A stretch of 64,000 bases of DNA, taken from the NCBI GenBank assembly GCA_938008535.1, contig CALLKF010000138.1:16930-80929 (forward strand). Direction: 5' to 3'. The position numbers and the translations under genes were made by a program. The stretch is from an uncultured Saprospirales bacterium (GTDB taxonomy: Bacteria; Bacteroidota; Bacteroidia; Chitinophagales; JADIYW01). Under the pieces are notes generated by a model. It worked only from the letters and a program-made list of their open reading frames with translations. It was not told where the DNA came from and did not search any database. This document shows positions 1 through 9,827 of the stretch, in pieces (position 1 is the first letter of the stretch; every line of letters starts with the position of its first letter).

Positions 1-3000
1 TCTTACACAGACGATGCTAACAATGGAATGACAGCTACAGCTACCGCACGACCTACTACAGTATGTTCTGGCGCAGCAGATACTTTAAGCATTGTGGTAG
101 ATAAGAGTGGTACTGGAGTAATTGGATCAGGATCAGTTAATTCTTCATCTGCTCCTACACCATTTTCTGGTGTTTATGGAGGTATGAAAGGTCAGTATAT
201 TATTTTGGCTTCTGAATTAACAGCAGCAGGATATACAGCAGGAAATATAACAGGTATTGGAATTAATTTTGTATCAGCAGTTACTGCAACTTATACAGGA
301 TTAACAATACAAATAGGAAATACTGCTCTTTCTGCTTTTCCTGGAACATTAAGTTTAGAATCATCAGGATTAGCTACATATTATGGTCCAACAAATTTAG
401 TTAACCCAACTGCTGGTGTTAATACATTTACTTTAACATCTTCTTTTTATTGGAATGGAACAAGTAATATTATAATATCAACTAATTGGAGTAACAATAC
501 TACAACAAGTACAGCTGCTTCAGTTGTGACAACTACAACTGCATTTAATTCTGCACAGGTTCATAAAAGAGATAGTTACACACCAGCAGCTCTTTTAGCT
601 TTAACTGGAACTCAAGTTGGAGGGTCATCTACTGTTGGTACAGCAAGACCAAATTTCACCATTATTGGAAACAAAGCTCCAACGCCAACTGCATATTCTT
701 GGAGTGATGGCGCATCAACAGTAAGTACTACGAATCCAGGATATGTCAATCCAACTGCTAATCCAACCAATTATACTTGCATAGCAACAGTAAATGGCTG
801 CCCATTAGTATCCAACACTGTAGCTGTAACCGTAGTGAGTTTACCGGCAGCACCATCATTAGTAGGGAATAGTACGCAATGTGGTTCTGGAGTACCAACA
901 GCATCTGTATCAGGTGCTGCAACCTTAAGATGGTATGATGTACCAACAGGCGGCACAGTATTACAAACAGGCGGCACTACTTATGCAGGTTCAATCAGTG
1001 CAACAGATACTTTCTATGTTTCTTCTTTTAACGGAACCTGCGAAAGCGTAAGGACAATGGTCATTGCTACTGTGAATTCACCGGATGCTTTGACGGCATC
1101 AGCAAGTCCAACTACAATTGCATGCTTAGGAAACAGTACAAACTTATCAGTATCTCAAACTGGCAGCACACAAAGTTATACATTAACATGGACAGCAACG
1201 CCTTCAGCAGGCAGTGGTATTCCAACAAGTGCAGCAGGAGCATTGGGCACACCCTTAACAATAACACCAACACTTGCTGGCTCATACAGATATACCATTA
1301 CAGGTGTGGACGGTTCATGTACTACATTTGATACCATCAGAGTAACGGTAAATAATCCAAATGTAGGTGTTACAGCAACAGCCACCGCACGTCCAACTAC
1401 AGTATGTTCAGGCGCAGCAGATACTTTAAGTGTAGTCGTTGCTAAAAGTGCAACAGTAACCTTGGGAGCAGGTGGTTCATCATCAACACTCGCACCGTAC
1501 AATCCATTCAATGGTGGCTATGGTGGAATGAAAGGACAGTATTTAATCAGAGCATCAGAATTAACAGCATTAGGTTTAACTGCTGGTGATATCACTGGCT
1601 TAACGCTATACGTTTCAGCAATAGGAACAACCTATAATGGATTTGTAGTTCAAATTGGCAATACTGCCTTAACTGCATTGACATCATCTACGATTCAAGG
1701 TTCATTAAACACTGTTAAAACTGCATTCAACTTTGCACCAACAGCAGGTGCGAATGCAATAACATTTGATACACCGTTTTCTTGGGATGGATCAAGTAAT
1801 ATTATTGTATCTACATCATGGAGTAATAATAATACATCGAATACATCAGCAACAATATTTTATGATGCAACAGCTTTCCAGTCTGCCGTAAGTTATCGTA
1901 AAGACAATGAGACAGCAGCGAACATGTTAGCATTTACAGGTGCTACAGGTGCTGGTACATTTACCTATGACAACTCATCAAACAGACCTAGATTTAGCTT
2001 TACAGGCAATACAGCACCAGCACCAACAGCGTATGCATGGAGCGATGGTGCATCAACAGTAGGTACAACCAATCCATCGTATGTAAATCCAACTGTAAAT
2101 CCAACCAATTATACATGTACGGCAACGGTAAGTGGTTGTCCAGTGGTATCCAATACAGTAGCAGTAACAGTAGTAAGTTTACCAACTGCGCCTACATTAG
2201 TTGGTAATAGCGTTCAATGTGGAGCAGGCGTACCAACAGCATCTGTATCAGGTGCTGCAACCTTAAGATGGTACGATTTACCAACTGGTGGCACGGTATT
2301 ACAATCAGGCGGTACTACTTACGCAAGTTCAATCAGCGCAACAGATACTTTCTATGTTTCTTCATTTAACGGCACATGTGAAAGTGCACGAACAATGGTG
2401 ATAGCTACAGTGAATGCGCCAGATGCGTTAACAGCATCAGCAAGTTCAACAACTATCGCTTGCTTAGGAAATAGCACTGATTTATCAGTGGCACAAACAG
2501 GCAGCTCACAAAGTTATACCTTAACATGGACTGCTACACCATCAGCAGGCAGCGGCATTCCTACAAGTGCAGCAGGTGCATTAGGTACACCTTTAACTAT
2601 AACACCAACGGCAGCAGGTTCATACAGATATACCATTACAGGTGTGGATGGAGCATGTACCACATTTGATACCATTAGAGTAACCGTAAATGATCCGAAT
2701 GCAGGTGCTACTGTAGTTGCAACAGCACGACCAACTACGGTATGTACAGGTGATGCAGATACGTTAACTTTGGTTGTAGCAAAAAGCGGAACGGTTTCGA
2801 CTGGAGCTGGTGCAAGCACATCATCATCAGCTGGAACTTCACCGTTCTATCATGGCTATGGTGGTCAAAAAGCACAATATATATACAGAGCTTCTGAATT
2901 GACAGCTATGGGATTAACAGCGGGTAATATAACCGCATTATCTTTAAATATAACTAGTTTAGGTACTGCAACTTTAAGCAACTTAACAATTAGTGTTGGA

Positions 3001-6000
3001 CATACAGCACAAAATGCTGCCGTTACCAATACCGCTATTACTACAGGTTTAACGACTGCCTACAGTACTGCTACACAAACGTTAACAACAGGAACGAATA
3101 GTTTTACATTTGGTACTGCGTTTAATTGGAATGGTACTAGTAATATTGTTATTTCATTTAGTTATTCTAACGTCAACTCAGGTGGAACATCTTCCACAGT
3201 TACAACGGATGCTGCAGGATTTACATCAACACTAGGTATTTATGCAGATAACTCAACAGCAGCTTGTTTGTTTGCAGCACCTGCATCTGCACAGGCATGT
3301 ATGGGTTTAAGTTCAAATACGACAACTTCAAATCGTCCAACATTTACGATAACAGGTAATAAAATACAAACTCCTGCTTCCTTTGCATGGAGCGATGGTA
3401 CTTCAACAGTTAGCACTACAAATCCTGGTTATGTTAATCCAACAGTAAATCCTACCAATTATACTTGTACGGCAACCGTTAGTGGTTGTCCTGTGGTATC
3501 TAATACTGTAGCAGTTACAGTAGTACCTATTCCAACCACACCTACATTAGTTGGAAATAGTACTCAATGTGGACCAGGCGTACCTACAGCATCTGTATCT
3601 GGTGCTGCTACATTAAAATGGTATCTTGTACCAACTGGTGGAACAGCTGTGCAAACAGGTGGCACTACTTATGCTACTTCTATTAGTGCAACAGATACGT
3701 TCTATGTGTCTTCTAATAACGGAACATGTGAAAGTGCAAGAACAATGGTAATTGCCACTGTAACTGCACCAGATAGTATTACAGCTTATGCTGGTGGTAC
3801 TGGTACAAGTGGTGGTGCTTCATCTCCACCAAATATTACGGCATGTCCAAATACACCATTGAATTTATACGTTCTGAAAAATTCAGGAACCAATTCATAC
3901 AATTATACTTGGAGTTGTGCAACTGCTGGTAACGGTATCAGCACTTCTACTGGAAATAATATTTCAGTGACACCAACAGCAGCAGGATTATTTAATTACA
4001 TAGTAACTGCAAATGACCCTGTTTCTGGATGTAATAATGTAGATACTGTTAGAGTACGAGTTATTCCAACATCTATCACAGCAACCGCATTAGCAACAAA
4101 CCTTTGTGGTGCTGGTTCTTCTACAACCATTAGTATTCCTTCTGCTGGGTTAGGTACTTCAACGGTTCAATGGCAGAAAGATAGTAGCGGCACTTGGGTA
4201 AATGTTGGAACAGATTCAACAACATTGGTAACTCCAAACTTAGACACAACAACTAGTTTCAGAGCATTAGTAAAAGTAGGTGGAAGCACTTGTCTTACAT
4301 CAAATACTGTAACTATAAATGTAAATAATGTTGCGATTACTTCTACTACACCTGCATCTAGATGCACACCTGGAACATTAACTTTATCAGCAACAGGTAC
4401 AAGTGGTTCAACGATTAGATGGTATACAGACCCAACAGGAGGGACACTATTACAAACTGGAACTTCATATACAACACCTTCTTTAAGTGCTACTACAGAT
4501 TACTATGTGGAAGCAGTTAATGGAACTACATCTGTTACAAGTAATGTTGGACCAAATAGTCCAAACGACGGCATTGGATCTTTTGGAACTAGTTTTACAG
4601 GTACGTATCAAGTATTTGATGTTGCTGCAACCATGGTACTTAATTCAGTTGATGTGTTTGCAACTACTACAGGTACAGTTATTGTTGAATTATTGAACTC
4701 TTCCGGTACTGTTATAAATACAGCAGCAACTTATAACGTAACTGCTGGTCAGGCAAATTCAACATCTACTTCTGTTGGTACTGCTATTACAATACCAATA
4801 AACTTTACGATTCCAGCTGGAACAGGTTATGAATTGAGACTTAAATCAACGTCTACTGCTACTATATTAAGAAATGACGGTGGCATGGCATCATATTATA
4901 ATATTGTCGGCTCAGAACCAACATTTACTGATAACTGGCTGTTTGATATTGATTATTGGTATGACTTCTACAAATGGAATGTAACTGTAACTGGTGCTTG
5001 TGCGTCCGTACGAACTCTAGTTACAGCTACTGTAGCAGCGCCAACTACCAACCCAACTGTAACTGCAACACAAACAATTTGTCAAGATAGTATTGTTTTA
5101 TTAACTGCAAGTGGTAGCACTTCAAGCCCTACAACATTATTGTTTGAAGGATTTGAAAGCAATCCACCGGCTGGGTTTAATTTAAATACCAATGGTACTT
5201 TTAGCGACTTCTATGTAGAACCATATTATATTGAAGGTGCTCAATCAATTGGTTTAGTTTCTGACAGTTGGGACGGAACAAACATCAGAATTACTCAATC
5301 TTCACCAATTAATTTAAGCTCTTACACAAATGCAGAATTAACATTCTACCATATATGCGCTTCAGAGCCGGGCTATGATTACGGATATGTTCAATATTCT
5401 ACAGATAATGGTGGTTCATGGACTTCTTTCCCTACATCTGCTTATACAGGTGGTGCTACATTACAAAATAGTGTGGTTTCCTTTGATGCTTCTAGTTATT
5501 CTGATTGGAATACTCAATTCTATGATGAATATCAAGACCCAGGTACGGCGCCTGCTACTTCATTATGGAAAAGAGAATCTATTAACTTAACACCTTATAT
5601 TGGTACTACTCAATTTAAAGTAAGATTTAGAATGACATACGACTTTTATACAGATTATTATGGATGGTTAATAGATAGTGTACATATTTCTGGTACCAAA
5701 ACGGTTAAATATGCTTGGACACCAAAAACTCGTTTGTATACGAATCCAGCAGCTACTATAGCATATGATTCTATTACAACACCAGATACAGATACGGTTT
5801 ATGCTAAACCAAATGATACCATAACGTATACAGCACTTGCATTCACACAAATACCATCTGCATGCTATGGTTCTAATACAGTGACCGTAAATGTTTCTAA
5901 AAAACCAACAGCTATTATCGATTCTGTTAAATTATTTGTTTGCGATGGAAGTGCAATACTTAAAGCAAGTTCAGTGACACCACCAAGCAGTTCTTTAAAT

Positions 6001-7269
6001 TGGACTAATATTTCTGGTTCTGGTTCATCCTCAGTTTCAGGAAATCCGGCAACAGTCACCGGTTTAACTGCAGGAACAAGTATTTATCAACTGAAAGCGA
6101 CAAATGGTCAGTGTATCGATATTCCAATTGGAAAAGATACTATTGTAACACCGACGACAGTACCAAGTACGGTATCCACAACAAATTCTTGTAATTTATG
6201 TATCTATACTGACGGTACTACTAAAACATTCTACAATAGTACAGATGGTAAAATAATTGGTACTATTCAAGATGATGCAGCTGTAACACCTGATGAATTA
6301 GGTGAAACAGAAATGTGCTTGGATATTGCTGGTGCAGTTCCTTCTGTAGTAGATAATTTCGGATTAAATCAACCGTATTTACAAAGAAGATGGACTATTA
6401 AACCAACTACAAATACCAATTCAATTATTACACTATATTTCACGACTGCAGAATTAACAGCTTTACAAGCAGCGGCAAACACTACTCGTTACCAATTCTC
6501 TGGCTATGATTTATATGTAACTAAATTTGACGGTGGAGGAAATGGTACCTTTACACCACCTTGTACAGGTGGAACTGGTGGTTGCGGTATGGTAACTGGC
6601 AGAAGTGTTCCAGCAGTATTTGGTGCATATAATGGAGACCATTTTGTGTCATTTACAATTAATAGTTTCTCTACATTCTATGTTCATCCAGCATTGTTCC
6701 CATTTGCACCACTGCCTGTTGAATTAATTAGCTTCAATGGCTGGAATGCAGGTGCTACAAATCAATTGCAATGGAAAACAGCTTCTGAAAAAAATACAGC
6801 GAAATTTATTGTAGAGAAAAGCATAGATGGTGTTACCTATACTTCTATTGGCGAACAAACTGCTGCAGGAAATTCAACCACAACATTAACTTATAACCTT
6901 ACAGATAACGAACCTGTTGTTGGCAATAACTATTATCGTTTAAAAATGGTGGATTTAGATGGTCAGTTTAAATACAGCGACATCATCAATATTCCGGTGA
7001 GCGATGCCGTGGTGAATAGCTTCACACGCGTATATCCAAATCCAACAAAAGGAAAATTGAATATTGAAATTCAATCGTCATCAGTAGCAAATACGAAAGT
7101 AGTAGTGTTTGATATAGTAGGTAAGAAGATGTTTGAAAAAGAAATCAGCTTAGTAAAAGGCATAAACACACTTACGTTTGATGTAGCTGATTATGCAGAT
7201 GGCGCTTATGTATTACAGTTTGCCGATTCAACTGGCAAAACACATACTACTAAGTTTGTGAAAAAATAA
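1..7269 (+). CDS. Giant cell-surface repeat protein, T9SS cargo; 5' end cut by window edge
   Basis: The frame is open from nt 1. SYTDDANNG precedes the ATG at 28 and continues the repeat unit seen again at 1369 and 2707, so the true start lies upstream. Contains three ~447-aa tandem units and many Ig-like modules (LRWYDxPTGG...ATDTFYVSSxNGTCESxR). The C-terminal ~80 aa (VYPNPTKGKLNIEIQ...GAYVLQFAD...TKFVKK) look like a Bacteroidota T9SS sorting domain. A hairpin terminator follows. Confidence 0.85.
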   Translation, partial: SYTDDANNGMTATATARPTTVCSGAADTLSIVVDKSGTGVIGSGSVNSSSAPTPFSGVYGGMKGQYIILASELTAAGYTAGNITGIGINFVSAVTATYTGLTIQIGNTALSAFPGTLSLESSGLATYYGPTNLVNPTAGVNTFTLTSSFYWNGTSNIIISTNWSNNTTTSTAASVVTTTTAFNSAQVHKRDSYTPAALLALTGTQVGGSSTVGTARPNFTIIGNKAPTPTAYSWSDGASTVSTTNPGYVNPTANPTNYTCIATVNGCPLVSNTVAVTVVSLPAAPSLVGNSTQCGSGVPTASVSGAATLRWYDVPTGGTVLQTGGTTYAGSISATDTFYVSSFNGTCESVRTMVIATVNSPDALTASASPTTIACLGNSTNLSVSQTGSTQSYTLTWTATPSAGSGIPTSAAGALGTPLTITPTLAGSYRYTITGVDGSCTTFDTIRVTVNNPNVGVTATATARPTTVCSGAADTLSVVVAKSATVTLGAGGSSSTLAPYNPFNGGYGGMKGQYLIRASELTALGLTAGDITGLTLYVSAIGTTYNGFVVQIGNTALTALTSSTIQGSLNTVKTAFNFAPTAGANAITFDTPFSWDGSSNIIVSTSWSNNNTSNTSATIFYDATAFQSAVSYRKDNETAANMLAFTGATGAGTFTYDNSSNRPRFSFTGNTAPAPTAYAWSDGASTVGTTNPSYVNPTVNPTNYTCTATVSGCPVVSNTVAVTVVSLPTAPTLVGNSVQCGAGVPTASVSGAATLRWYDLPTGGTVLQSGGTTYASSISATDTFYVSSFNGTCESARTMVIATVNAPDALTASASSTTIACLGNSTDLSVAQTGSSQSYTLTWTATPSAGSGIPTSAAGALGTPLTITPTAAGSYRYTITGVDGACTTFDTIRVTVNDPNAGATVVATARPTTVCTGDADTLTLVVAKSGTVSTGAGASTSSSAGTSPFYHGYGGQKAQYIYRASELTAMGLTAGNITALSLNITSLGTATLSNLTISVGHTAQNAAVTNTAITTGLTTAYSTATQTLTTGTNSFTFGTAFNWNGTSNIVISFSYSNVNSGGTSSTVTTDAAGFTSTLGIYADNSTAACLFAAPASAQACMGLSSNTTTSNRPTFTITGNKIQTPASFAWSDGTSTVSTTNPGYVNPTVNPTNYTCTATVSGCPVVSNTVAVTVVPIPTTPTLVGNSTQCGPGVPTASVSGAATLKWYLVPTGGTAVQTGGTTYATSISATDTFYVSSNNGTCESARTMVIATVTAPDSITAYAGGTGTSGGASSPPNITACPNTPLNLYVLKNSGTNSYNYTWSCATAGNGISTSTGNNISVTPTAAGLFNYIVTANDPVSGCNNVDTVRVRVIPTSITATALATNLCGAGSSTTISIPSAGLGTSTVQWQKDSSGTWVNVGTDSTTLVTPNLDTTTSFRALVKVGGSTCLTSNTVTINVNNVAITSTTPASRCTPGTLTLSATGTSGSTIRWYTDPTGGTLLQTGTSYTTPSLSATTDYYVEAVNGTTSVTSNVGPNSPNDGIGSFGTSFTGTYQVFDVAATMVLNSVDVFATTTGTVIVELLNSSGTVINTAATYNVTAGQANSTSTSVGTAITIPINFTIPAGTGYELRLKSTSTATILRNDGGMASYYNIVGSEPTFTDNWLFDIDYWYDFYKWNVTVTGACASVRTLVTATVAAPTTNPTVTATQTICQDSIVLLTASGSTSSPTTLLFEGFESNPPAGFNLNTNGTFSDFYVEPYYIEGAQSIGLVSDSWDGTNIRITQSSPINLSSYTNAELTFYHICASEPGYDYGYVQYSTDNGGSWTSFPTSAYTGGATLQNSVVSFDASSYSDWNTQFYDEYQDPGTAPATSLWKRESINLTPYIGTTQFKVRFRMTYDFYTDYYGWLIDSVHISGTKTVKYAWTPKTRLYTNPAATIAYDSITTPDTDTVYAKPNDTITYTALAFTQIPSACYGSNTVTVNVSKKPTAIIDSVKLFVCDGSAILKASSVTPPSSSLNWTNISGSGSSSVSGNPATVTGLTAGTSIYQLKATNGQCIDIPIGKDTIVTPTTVPSTVSTTNSCNLCIYTDGTTKTFYNSTDGKIIGTIQDDAAVTPDELGETEMCLDIAGAVPSVVDNFGLNQPYLQRRWTIKPTTNTNSIITLYFTTAELTALQAAANTTRYQFSGYDLYVTKFDGGGNGTFTPPCTGGTGGCGMVTGRSVPAVFGAYNGDHFVSFTINSFSTFYVHPALFPFAPLPVELISFNGWNAGATNQLQWKTASEKNTAKFIVEKSIDGVTYTSIGEQTAAGNSTTTLTYNLTDNEPVVGNNYYRLKMVDLDGQFKYSDIINIPVSDAVVNSFTRVYPNPTKGKLNIEIQSSSVANTKVVVFDIVGKKMFEKEISLVKGINTLTFDVADYADGAYVLQFADSTGKTHTTKFVKK
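28..4068 (+). repeat. Three tandem ~1.34-kb intragenic repeat units (28-1368, 1369-2706, 2707-~4068)
   Basis: Unit starts align exactly: atg aca gct aca gct acc gca cga at 28, gtt aca gca aca gcc acc gca cgt at 1369, and gca aca gca cga cca act at ~2719. Periods are 1341 and 1338 nt. The first two units are very similar at nucleotide level; the C-terminal half of the third has diverged. Confidence 0.85.
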
Positions 7270-7298
7270 AGCAACATTTAAAAAATAATAAACCAAAA

Positions 7299-7335
7299 CA
7301 AAGTCCTTGCATTTGCAAGGACTTTGCGCTTTTAT
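7299..7335 (+). terminator. Rho-independent terminator after the giant gene
   Basis: Perfect 12-bp stem: caaagtccttgc (7299-7310), loop attt, gcaaggactttg (7315-7326), followed by cgcttttat. Confidence 0.7.
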
Positions 7336-7545
7336 ATAGAATCAAATACAAAACATTTTTTTTGAATTATAAATTATAAAAAAGTTCATCTATCTTCAAA
7401 ATAATGGCAAACCTAACAGACCACGCGTCCATTGAACGACTACTTGACAATATGTGAATCTTACAATTTAAAGAATTAAATGTGTATCAACTAAGTTTGA
7501 CATTGGTTCTAACTTTGCATCATCATTAATCTTAAGCAATTAAAA

Positions 7546-8208
7546 ATGAAAAAGTTATTTCTAATCTACTCCATATTTATAGCGACAATTGGATGTTTAG
7601 TAATGACTTCTTGCAACAATAAAAAAATAGAAGTAAAAACAACTAATAAAGAACATATGGACGCAGGAACTAAAACAATTGAAAATATGCAATCCGCATA
7701 TAAAGGAGAGAAAACAGCAACAGCTAAATACGAAGCATTCTCAAAAAAAGCTGAAGAAGAAGGATATCATAATATTGCACTATTATACAATGCAGTTTCA
7801 GCTGCCGAAAACATACACGCAATAAATCACAAAGCTGTAATTGAAGATGCTGGAGCAACTGTTCCTGTAATTACTCCTGAATACACAGTTAAAAATACAA
7901 AAGAGAATTTAGCTGATGACATAAACGGAGAAGCGTATGAAGCCAAAATAATGTATCCTGACTTTTTAAAAACGGCAGAAATAGCGGACAATCAAATTGC
8001 ATTTTTGAGCTTGACTTATGCAATGAAAACAGAACTAAAACATAAATACTTTTTTGAACAAGCTTTGGGCGACATTAACAGTAACACCTTAAATAGTTTG
8101 CCATCTAAATATTTTGTTTGCCCTGCATGTGGCAACACTTATGCGACAGCACCAAAGCATTGCGACTTTTCATTAACTGACAGAGAGAAATTTATTGTAT
8201 TTCAATAA
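7546..8208 (+). CDS. Rubrerythrin/ferritin-like di-iron protein with signal peptide and lipobox-like Cys
   Basis: Two ExxH motifs (AENIH, TELKH) plus Glu-rich partner helices (EKTATAKYEAF, EAYEAKIMY) fit a rubrerythrin four-helix bundle. The C-terminal CPAC...KHC is a rubredoxin-like remnant. The N-terminus is MKKLFLIYSIFIATIGCLVMTSC. Confidence 0.75.
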   Translation: MKKLFLIYSIFIATIGCLVMTSCNNKKIEVKTTNKEHMDAGTKTIENMQSAYKGEKTATAKYEAFSKKAEEEGYHNIALLYNAVSAAENIHAINHKAVIEDAGATVPVITPEYTVKNTKENLADDINGEAYEAKIMYPDFLKTAEIADNQIAFLSLTYAMKTELKHKYFFEQALGDINSNTLNSLPSKYFVCPACGNTYATAPKHCDFSLTDREKFIVFQ

Positions 8209-8229
8209 TAGTAACTAAAAAATAAAATA

Positions 8230-8991
8230 ATGAAACAATTAGAGAACAAAGTAGCAATAATAACAGGTGGCGCAGGTAGTATTGGTAAAACAACTGCTAA
8301 ATTATTTTTAGAAGAAGGCGCAAAAGTTTTATTGGTAGATATTAGTGAAACCCAATTAAAAGAGGTTGTAATTGATTTAAGTAGTAAAAATGTGGCGTAT
8401 TGTGTTGCTGATGTGTCAAAGTCAATTGAAGTTGAGGGCTATGTGAATGAAGCCGTTAAATTATTTGGTAAAATTGATGTGTTTTTCAACAATGCAGGAA
8501 TTGAAGGTGTGGTAAAACCAATTGTTGATTACCCTGAAGATGTTTTTGACAAAGTGATAGCAGTAAACGTTAAAGGAATATGGTTAGGAAATAAATATGT
8601 ATTGCCTAAAATGAATGAAGGTGGAAGCATCATTATGACCTCTTCCGTGGCTGGAATTCTAGGTTTTGCTGGTTTAGGAGCTTATGTAACAAGTAAACAT
8701 GCAGTTGTTGGCATTATGAGAACAACGGCTATCGAAGCAGCTCCGCATAATATTAGGGTTAATTCTGTTCACCCTTCGCCGGTAAATAACAGAATGATGT
8801 GCTCTATAGAAGAAGGAGCATCTGCAGGGCACGGAGAAGATGTAAAAAAACAATTTGAGGCAACTATTCCATTAAAAAGATACGCTGAGCCCATTGAAAT
8901 TGCACAACTGGTTTTATTTCTTGCAAGCGATAACAGTCAATACATTACTGGCACCACTCAAGTAATTGATGGAGGAATGTGTGCTCAGTAA
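8230..8991 (+). CDS. Short-chain dehydrogenase/reductase (SDR) family oxidoreductase
   Basis: TGGAGSIGK Rossmann motif, NNAG motif and catalytic YVTSK (YxxxK). Confidence 0.85.
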   Translation: MKQLENKVAIITGGAGSIGKTTAKLFLEEGAKVLLVDISETQLKEVVIDLSSKNVAYCVADVSKSIEVEGYVNEAVKLFGKIDVFFNNAGIEGVVKPIVDYPEDVFDKVIAVNVKGIWLGNKYVLPKMNEGGSIIMTSSVAGILGFAGLGAYVTSKHAVVGIMRTTAIEAAPHNIRVNSVHPSPVNNRMMCSIEEGASAGHGEDVKKQFEATIPLKRYAEPIEIAQLVLFLASDNSQYITGTTQVIDGGMCAQ

Positions 8992-9058
8992 CTGTTTTTT
9001 TTAAATTGATAGCTATTAATTTAAAGTTTTACCAACCTTTAAACTTAAAAAAACAATT

Positions 9059-9544
9059 ATGAACCAAACACACATTCACTTACTTATAACTCATCTTCCA
9101 ATTTTTGGCTCAATACTTGGTGGAATTGTTCTTGCATATGGACTTTGGTCTAAAAGTAACGACACGAAAATAGCTGCATACTTTCTTTTCATAATTTCTT
9201 CAATTGGTGCAGGAATATCTTATCTAACAGGTGAAGGTGCAGAAGAAACAGTTGAAAATATACAAGGTGTTGTAGAAGCGACTATTAAGACACACGAAGA
9301 ATTTGCATTGTTTGCATTAATATCCTTAATCATTTTAGGTATTGCTTCCATTTTAGGATTGTTCTTGACTTTTAGAAAATCTCCATTTACAAGAACAACA
9401 GCATTTGTGATTTTATTTATTTCTTTAATTAGTTTTGGACTGGTTGCAAGAACAGGTTATCTCGGTGGTCAAATAAGACACACGGAAATTTCTAGTGGTG
9501 CGATTGTTCCTTCAGAAAATTCAAAAAACGAAACTGACGACTAA
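9059..9544 (+). CDS. Hypothetical integral membrane protein
   Basis: 161 aa with about four hydrophobic helices. No catalytic motif recognised. Confidence 0.5.
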   Translation: MNQTHIHLLITHLPIFGSILGGIVLAYGLWSKSNDTKIAAYFLFIISSIGAGISYLTGEGAEETVENIQGVVEATIKTHEEFALFALISLIILGIASILGLFLTFRKSPFTRTTAFVILFISLISFGLVARTGYLGGQIRHTEISSGAIVPSENSKNETDD

Positions 9545-9827
9545 ATTAAACCTATTTATCAAAAGGTCTTTTCCTAAAATAGGTTTACAGATATACAAAA
9601 AATATCAAAAAAAATAATAATTGACAAAACGAATCAGTATTACAGCGAATCATTTTACAGAATGTTGATAGTAACTACAACCTCGTAAGTCACTAAAACC
9701 GATGTCACAAAACCACATCCAACTTTTCGATCTATTTTTCCAATTTAACAGCCAATCAATCAAAATCTACGTATTCTATTCTATTTATGCATATTCATAA
9801 ATGATTAGTAACCAACAAAATAACAAG

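Noticed and set aside
758-6059. Short ORFs inside the first giant gene: antisense 758-946, 771-977, 1176-1511, 2000-2185, 2514-2819, 4167-4367, 5668-5850 and 5865-6059, plus same-strand off-frame 1122-1331, 4487-4696 and 5375-5590
   Set aside because: They lie entirely within a strongly supported 7.2-kb CDS. 1176-1511 and 2514-2819 are the same shadow frame of two copies of the tandem unit. Their compositions are typical of off-frame translation.
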